Part shown: one piece after another, positions 59,771-64,000 of the stretch
Layout: the number at the start of each line of letters is the position of its first letter
How positions within the stretch are numbered: the first letter of the stretch is position 1
Source: Sphingobacteriales bacterium
Lineage (GTDB): Bacteria > Bacteroidota > Bacteroidia > Chitinophagales > JADIYW01
Assembly: GCA_947460245.1 (NCBI GenBank)
Contig: CANHGL010000008.1
Location: 1,094-65,093, forward strand
Direction of reading: 5' to 3'
DNA length: 64,000 nt
The notes under the pieces: generated by a model
The model's database searches: none
Seen by the model: only the letters and a program-made list of their open reading frames with translations
Told to the model about the DNA's origin: nothing
Position numbers and translations under genes: made by a program

Positions 59771-61069
59771 ATGAACAATTTAAGATTTTCATTAATTGCT
59801 ATCATTGCTCTATTCTTAGTGAGTTGTAAAGGCTCTGGAACAGATGGACAATTAATTGGTTCACAAGATCGTCCAAAGTGGGATAACAACCTGCTTCCTT
59901 ATGGGATGGTTTATATTCCTTCAGGAGTTTTTCACGCAGGTCCTTCTGATCAGGATGTGAATTATGCATTTAACACCAAGATGAAACAAATGTCCATTGT
60001 AGGTTTCTACATGGATGAAACTGAAATTACCAATAACGAATACCGTCAATTTGTAGAATATGTAAGGGACTCAGTTGCTCACACGCTTTTAGGTGGTGAC
60101 AATCTCAAGGAAGGTGAAAACGGAAAACAAGCGGTTAATTGGGATATGCCAATTGATATGAACTGGAACACCGGTGCTAGTGCTACAGAAGAAGGCAGTC
60201 AGTTAGATCCTATGTTCTATGCTGAGGCAGATAGAATCAATGGAAAGAAAGAAATAGATCCAAGAAAATTAGTATTTGAATACACTTGGTTCAAATGGAA
60301 GGAGTATGCACAGCAAAGACCTACAGATAAAAATGCAAAGCCAAGAAGTGCATTCATGGATAAAAAGAAGATATCGATATATCCTGATGAATTAGTTTGG
60401 ATTCGTGACTTCGCTTATTCTTATAACGAGCCAATGACCCGTACCTATTTTACGCATCCAGCTTATGATGATTATCCTGTTGTAGGTGTATCATGGGATC
60501 AGTGTAATGCTTTTTGTGCTTGGAGAACTCAAAAATGGAATGATTACAGAGCTTCTAAAGAAGAGGCTCCATTGGATCAATTCCGTCTACCTACAGAATA
60601 TGAGTGGGAATATGCTGCTCGTGGAGGAAGAAATCTATCTCCTTATCCTTGGGGTGGTCCTTACATAAGAAATACGAAAGGTTGTTTGTTGGCTAATTTT
60701 AAACCAGGAAGAGGAAATTATCCTGAGGATGGAGGTTTCTATACGGTAAATGCTAAATCATACTGGCCGAATGACTATGGTTTGTACAACATGGCAGGTA
60801 ATGTGGCAGAATGGACATCTACAGCTTATGAAGATGATGCAGCTGCATTTATCCATGATAAACAACCTGACTTTAGATATGATGCTAAAGAGGATGAGCC
60901 AAGTGTAATGAAACGCAAGGTTATCAGAGGTGGTTCATGGAAAGATATCGGATATTTCTTACAGTGTGGAACTAAGACATACGAATACCAGGATTCTACA
61001 AAATCATACATAGGATTTAGATGTTTACTACCATTTATGGGTAGATCTATGAGTGATTTCGCACAATAA
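59771..61069 (+). CDS. gldK: gliding motility / T9SS lipoprotein GldK (PorK), SUMF1/FGE-fold
   Basis: Lipobox LVSC. Also GMVYIPSGVFHAG, FYMDETEITNNEYRQFVEYV, WEYAARGG, NMAGNVAEW and IRGGSWKD. Confidence 0.95.
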   Translation: MNNLRFSLIAIIALFLVSCKGSGTDGQLIGSQDRPKWDNNLLPYGMVYIPSGVFHAGPSDQDVNYAFNTKMKQMSIVGFYMDETEITNNEYRQFVEYVRDSVAHTLLGGDNLKEGENGKQAVNWDMPIDMNWNTGASATEEGSQLDPMFYAEADRINGKKEIDPRKLVFEYTWFKWKEYAQQRPTDKNAKPRSAFMDKKKISIYPDELVWIRDFAYSYNEPMTRTYFTHPAYDDYPVVGVSWDQCNAFCAWRTQKWNDYRASKEEAPLDQFRLPTEYEWEYAARGGRNLSPYPWGGPYIRNTKGCLLANFKPGRGNYPEDGGFYTVNAKSYWPNDYGLYNMAGNVAEWTSTAYEDDAAAFIHDKQPDFRYDAKEDEPSVMKRKVIRGGSWKDIGYFLQCGTKTYEYQDSTKSYIGFRCLLPFMGRSMSDFAQ

Positions 61070-61130
61070 AAACTATATATTTTAAAACACGTAAACAACA
61101 TTAATAACTAAACAACTAAAACAAAAGTTT

Positions 61131-61937
61131 ATGGCAACTTCAATTCCTTTATTTAAAACTAAAAAATTCAAAGTAGCAAAAAACATGCTTTTCGGTGTGG
61201 GAGCTGCAGTAGTAATCGTTGGAGCATGGGCAAAAATCTTACACTTATCCATTGCAAATACAATGTTAACTGTCGGTCTTTTAACGGAGGCTATAATATT
61301 TACTATATCAGGTATTATTCCACCGGAGCCGGATTACTATTGGGAAAAATTCTACCCGGGTTTAGACCAGTATGATCCAGATCATACGAGTGCTGCAGCT
61401 ACTTCAGGCGATTCAAAAAAATCTTTATCAGCTGAAATGGATAAAATGATGGACGCTGCTAAGATTGATCAGAATTTGGTCAACAGATTTGGAGATAATC
61501 TTAAAGGTTTCGCAGATCAGGTAGGAAAGATGGGGAATTTGGCAGATGCAACAGTTGCTTCTAATGAATTTGCATCTTCTGCTAAGGCTGCTGCTACTTC
61601 ATTAAATGGAGTAAAAGAGTCTTTCAATGCTGCTGCTGAAGGAATGAGTAAGTTAGCAGGTGCTTCTGGAGAGGCTTCTAAATATCACGAACAAGTTCAA
61701 AGTGCAACTAAAAATTTAGCGGCATTAAATGCTGTTTATGAAATGGAATTACAAGACACTAATACACACTTAAAGACTATGAATAAATTTATAGGTAACT
61801 TAGGTAGTGCAATGACCAATCTTGAGAGTTCATTAGCAGATACAGAGAAATTCAAAACCCAAATGGGTGGTTTAGCGGGTAATTTAGAAAAACTAAACGG
61901 CATCTATGGAAATATGCTTTCAGCAATGAGATCATAA
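61131..61937 (+). CDS. gldL: gliding motility / T9SS protein GldL (PorL)
   Basis: Two N-terminal TM helices with the GVGAAVVIVGAWAKILH and VGLLTEAIIF(T)ISG motifs (conserved Glu in TM2), then a coiled-coil cytoplasmic domain. Confidence 0.9.
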   Translation: MATSIPLFKTKKFKVAKNMLFGVGAAVVIVGAWAKILHLSIANTMLTVGLLTEAIIFTISGIIPPEPDYYWEKFYPGLDQYDPDHTSAAATSGDSKKSLSAEMDKMMDAAKIDQNLVNRFGDNLKGFADQVGKMGNLADATVASNEFASSAKAAATSLNGVKESFNAAAEGMSKLAGASGEASKYHEQVQSATKNLAALNAVYEMELQDTNTHLKTMNKFIGNLGSAMTNLESSLADTEKFKTQMGGLAGNLEKLNGIYGNMLSAMRS

Positions 61938-61982
61938 TAATCATCTAGCATTAATTGTTAACCTAAGTAAATTGTAAAAAAA

Positions 61983-63518
61983 ATGTCAATTCCAAAGGAC
62001 AATAGGCAGCAGATGATTAATTTAATGTATCTGGTGTTAACAGCACTACTTGCATTAAACGTTTCTTCTGAAATCCTTAACGCGTTCAGAGTTATAAATA
62101 CAAGTTTAGTTGGATCCAATGTATTATTGGATGCAAATAGTAGAATCAACTACAAAGCTTTTGAGAGTAAAAAAATTAAAGAGCCGGGTAACGCCCAAAT
62201 AGGAATTTATCAAGCTAAAGCTGATAAGTTACTCGATCTTTCTAAAAATCTTCAGGAGTATATTGGGGATTTACAAAAAGGAATCATTGAAGAAGCTGGT
62301 GGACCTGGCGAAGATGGTAACCTTATGAAACGTCAGGATGACTTAGACGCTTCAACCCGTTTCTTTATTGAAGAAAAGAAGAAAGGGTATGAGCTAAAAA
62401 AGAAATTAGACGAGTTTAAGTCTCAGTTTTCTCAGTTGATTGATACGGCAGATTTACAAAATGTTTTGAATAAATTACCGTTGAGTACAAATGCTCAAAC
62501 ACAAAATGGTGATTGGGCCAGAGATAATTTCTTCCAAATGCCTCCTATCGCTTCTTTAACTATGTTAACAAAGGAGTTATCGGATGTTAAGGCAACAGAA
62601 GGTTTATTGGTTCAGTATTTCTTTTCTAAAATTGGTAGCTCAGAGGAGTTAAAACCAGATGAAATTGTGTTTAACTCTTTCTCTGCACAAATTACCTCTC
62701 CATCTGCTTATATTTTGCAGGGTGAGAAATTTGAGGCTAATGTATTCCTTGCAGCAACAAGTTCTAAGAATGATAACGTATCCGTAAATGTTAATGGCTC
62801 AGGACTACGTCCGGACGATAAAGGTATTGCTCATTATTCTTCTTCTCCAGGTGTTGGAGAGTATGAATTGAAAGGAAATATATCTTTAAAAAATCCAAAA
62901 ACAAATGCAGTTACGAGTTATCCTTTACCTCCGTTCAAGTATACTGTAGCAGCTCCTTTTGCAACGGTATCTCCAACGAAGATGAATGTGTTCTATATTG
63001 GTGTTCCTAACCCTGTTCAGGTTTCTGCCGCAGGTGTTGCTAATGCTAAATTAAACGTGACTATGTCTGCCGGTACAATTACAGGTAGTGGTGGTAAATA
63101 TGAAGTAAGAGTAACAACACAAGGTGTAACTAACGTTACGGTTGCTGCTAACGGAAAAAACTACGGTGCTTTTCCTTTCCGTGTAAAATTAATACCTAAC
63201 CCACAAGCACAGTGTGCGGGTATGCCTGGTGGACGTGTAAATTCTGCAGTATGGAAAGCTCAGCAAGGGGTAATAGCAAACTTGGACAACTTTGATTTCG
63301 ATGCTAAATTTGAAGTATTGAGTTTCAATATGTTCTATCAGCCTAAATTACAGGATCCAGGGATAGCTTCTGCATCTGGCCCATACTTTAGTGCTGCGCA
63401 AAAAGCGTTTATTTCTAAGGCTAAACCGGGAGATATTTTTTATCTAGAGGAAATAAAAGTGAAAGGACCTGATGGGTTGTCACGTAAGATACCTGGTATC
63501 GCTTTCAAGATCGACTAA
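61983..63518 (+). CDS. gldM: gliding motility / T9SS protein GldM (PorM)
   Basis: N-terminal RQQMINLMYLVLTALLALNVSSEILNAF signature TM segment, then a long periplasmic domain. 511 aa. Confidence 0.9.
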   Translation: MSIPKDNRQQMINLMYLVLTALLALNVSSEILNAFRVINTSLVGSNVLLDANSRINYKAFESKKIKEPGNAQIGIYQAKADKLLDLSKNLQEYIGDLQKGIIEEAGGPGEDGNLMKRQDDLDASTRFFIEEKKKGYELKKKLDEFKSQFSQLIDTADLQNVLNKLPLSTNAQTQNGDWARDNFFQMPPIASLTMLTKELSDVKATEGLLVQYFFSKIGSSEELKPDEIVFNSFSAQITSPSAYILQGEKFEANVFLAATSSKNDNVSVNVNGSGLRPDDKGIAHYSSSPGVGEYELKGNISLKNPKTNAVTSYPLPPFKYTVAAPFATVSPTKMNVFYIGVPNPVQVSAAGVANAKLNVTMSAGTITGSGGKYEVRVTTQGVTNVTVAANGKNYGAFPFRVKLIPNPQAQCAGMPGGRVNSAVWKAQQGVIANLDNFDFDAKFEVLSFNMFYQPKLQDPGIASASGPYFSAAQKAFISKAKPGDIFYLEEIKVKGPDGLSRKIPGIAFKID

Positions 63519-63535
63519 TCAATATGATATAAAGG

Positions 63536-64000
63536 ATGAAAATGCTAATTAAAAGAATAGGATGTTTGTTGCTGCTGTGCCTCATAGTTTCAACAGCTAT
63601 TTCAGCTCCTAAAAAGAAGTCAGTAAAGAAAAAAACTACTGATCCTTCTTCCTCCACTACCTATCAAAGTAGTTCAGGTGGAGACAGTACAGTTACTGGA
63701 ACTTCAGGAGACTTGAATCAATCTGCTGCAACTGCTTCGGCTCCTGCGGATTCATCATCATCATCTGCACCTTTGGATTCTTCACCTTCTCTACCTCCTG
63801 CTGCGGCAACGGCTTCCACAGTAGCTGCTGCCCCAGAATTACCATTGGATACTACCCCGGTACAAAAACTACCTTGGGTACAGGAAATTACGGGTAATAG
63901 AAAGGCATTAGGATATGAGCCTATTCGTGAGGCAGATGTTTTTTGGTGGAAAACAGTTTGGCGTGTAATTGACCTAAGGGAAAAATTGAATTTGCATTTC
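63536..64000 (+). CDS. gldN: gliding motility / T9SS protein GldN (PorN), 5' part (runs off window)
   Basis: Not in the ORF track because it has no stop within the window. The ATG at 63536 gives MKMLIKRIGCLLLLCLIVSTAISA (signal peptide), a ~85-aa Ser/Ala/Pro-rich linker, then YEPIREADVFWWKTVWRVIDLREKLN, the conserved GldN N-terminal block. Confidence 0.85.
   Translation, partial: MKMLIKRIGCLLLLCLIVSTAISAPKKKSVKKKTTDPSSSTTYQSSSGGDSTVTGTSGDLNQSAATASAPADSSSSSAPLDSSPSLPPAAATASTVAAAPELPLDTTPVQKLPWVQEITGNRKALGYEPIREADVFWWKTVWRVIDLREKLNLHF

Noticed and set aside
1-64000. Search for CRISPR arrays, IS elements, integrases, phage or defence-system genes, toxin-antitoxin pairs and rRNA
   Set aside because: I saw no direct-repeat/spacer arrays. 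No ORF carries transposase (DDE), tyrosine/serine recombinase, restriction-modification, or typical defence-domain motifs. The only repeat structure seen is the 7550-7860 element.

Overview
This is an AT-rich chromosomal segment (roughly 35-40% GC by eye, not computed) from a Bacteroidota genome. The phylum call rests on gldH, porP/sprF-gldK-gldL-gldM-gldN, a PorV-like/PorU-like pair, several proteins with T9SS C-terminal sorting domains, sdhCAB of the Bacteroidetes type, and TAnnTTTG -7 boxes in place of Shine-Dalgarno leaders. Gene density is high, with about 50 CDS and one tRNA-Leu. I saw no transposase, integrase, phage gene, CRISPR array or rRNA, so the window reads as core genome rather than an accessory island.

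Content in order:
- acyl-CoA-binding protein 3' end
- sdhCAB and a Tas-like aldo-keto reductase
- tRNA-Leu(GAG)
- two divergent T9SS-cargo glycosidase-like genes, separated by a 540-bp spacer holding a nested inverted-repeat element
- M20 amidohydrolase and lpd
- a translationally coupled PorV-like barrel plus a 1657-aa C25/PorU-like peptidase
- tyrS
- an operon of a Tyr/Asn-rich secreted protein, a FadL-like barrel and a SAM methyltransferase
- proS and an FAD oxidoreductase
- two tandem GH5 lipoproteins
- methylmalonyl-CoA mutase and a fasciclin lipoprotein
- an unknown protein coupled to an alpha/beta hydrolase
- UbiD
- gldH-ligA-phhB
- an esterase and exbBD
- a T9SS metallophosphoesterase and a MauE/thioredoxin fusion
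- a Lys-rich/acidic bipolar protein
- FMO, Usp, Hsp20 and FNR
- a TonB-dependent receptor and hemW
- Omp85-like protein, a polytopic membrane protein and a Lys-rich HemD-like protein
- porP-gldKLMN, with gldN running off the 3' edge

No stretch is demonstrably a new system from sequence alone. The best candidates for under-described biology are:
1. The oversized, reverse-ordered PorV-like/PorU-like module.
2. The Tyr/Asn-rich protein, FadL-like barrel and methyltransferase operon.
3. The Omp85, membrane protein and Lys-rich HemD-like cluster directly upstream of porP-gldKLMN.
4. A TyrRS in which both histidines of the HIGH motif are replaced.
5. The nested inverted-repeat element.

All family assignments come from motif recognition and memory of the families. 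No alignment or database search was run.
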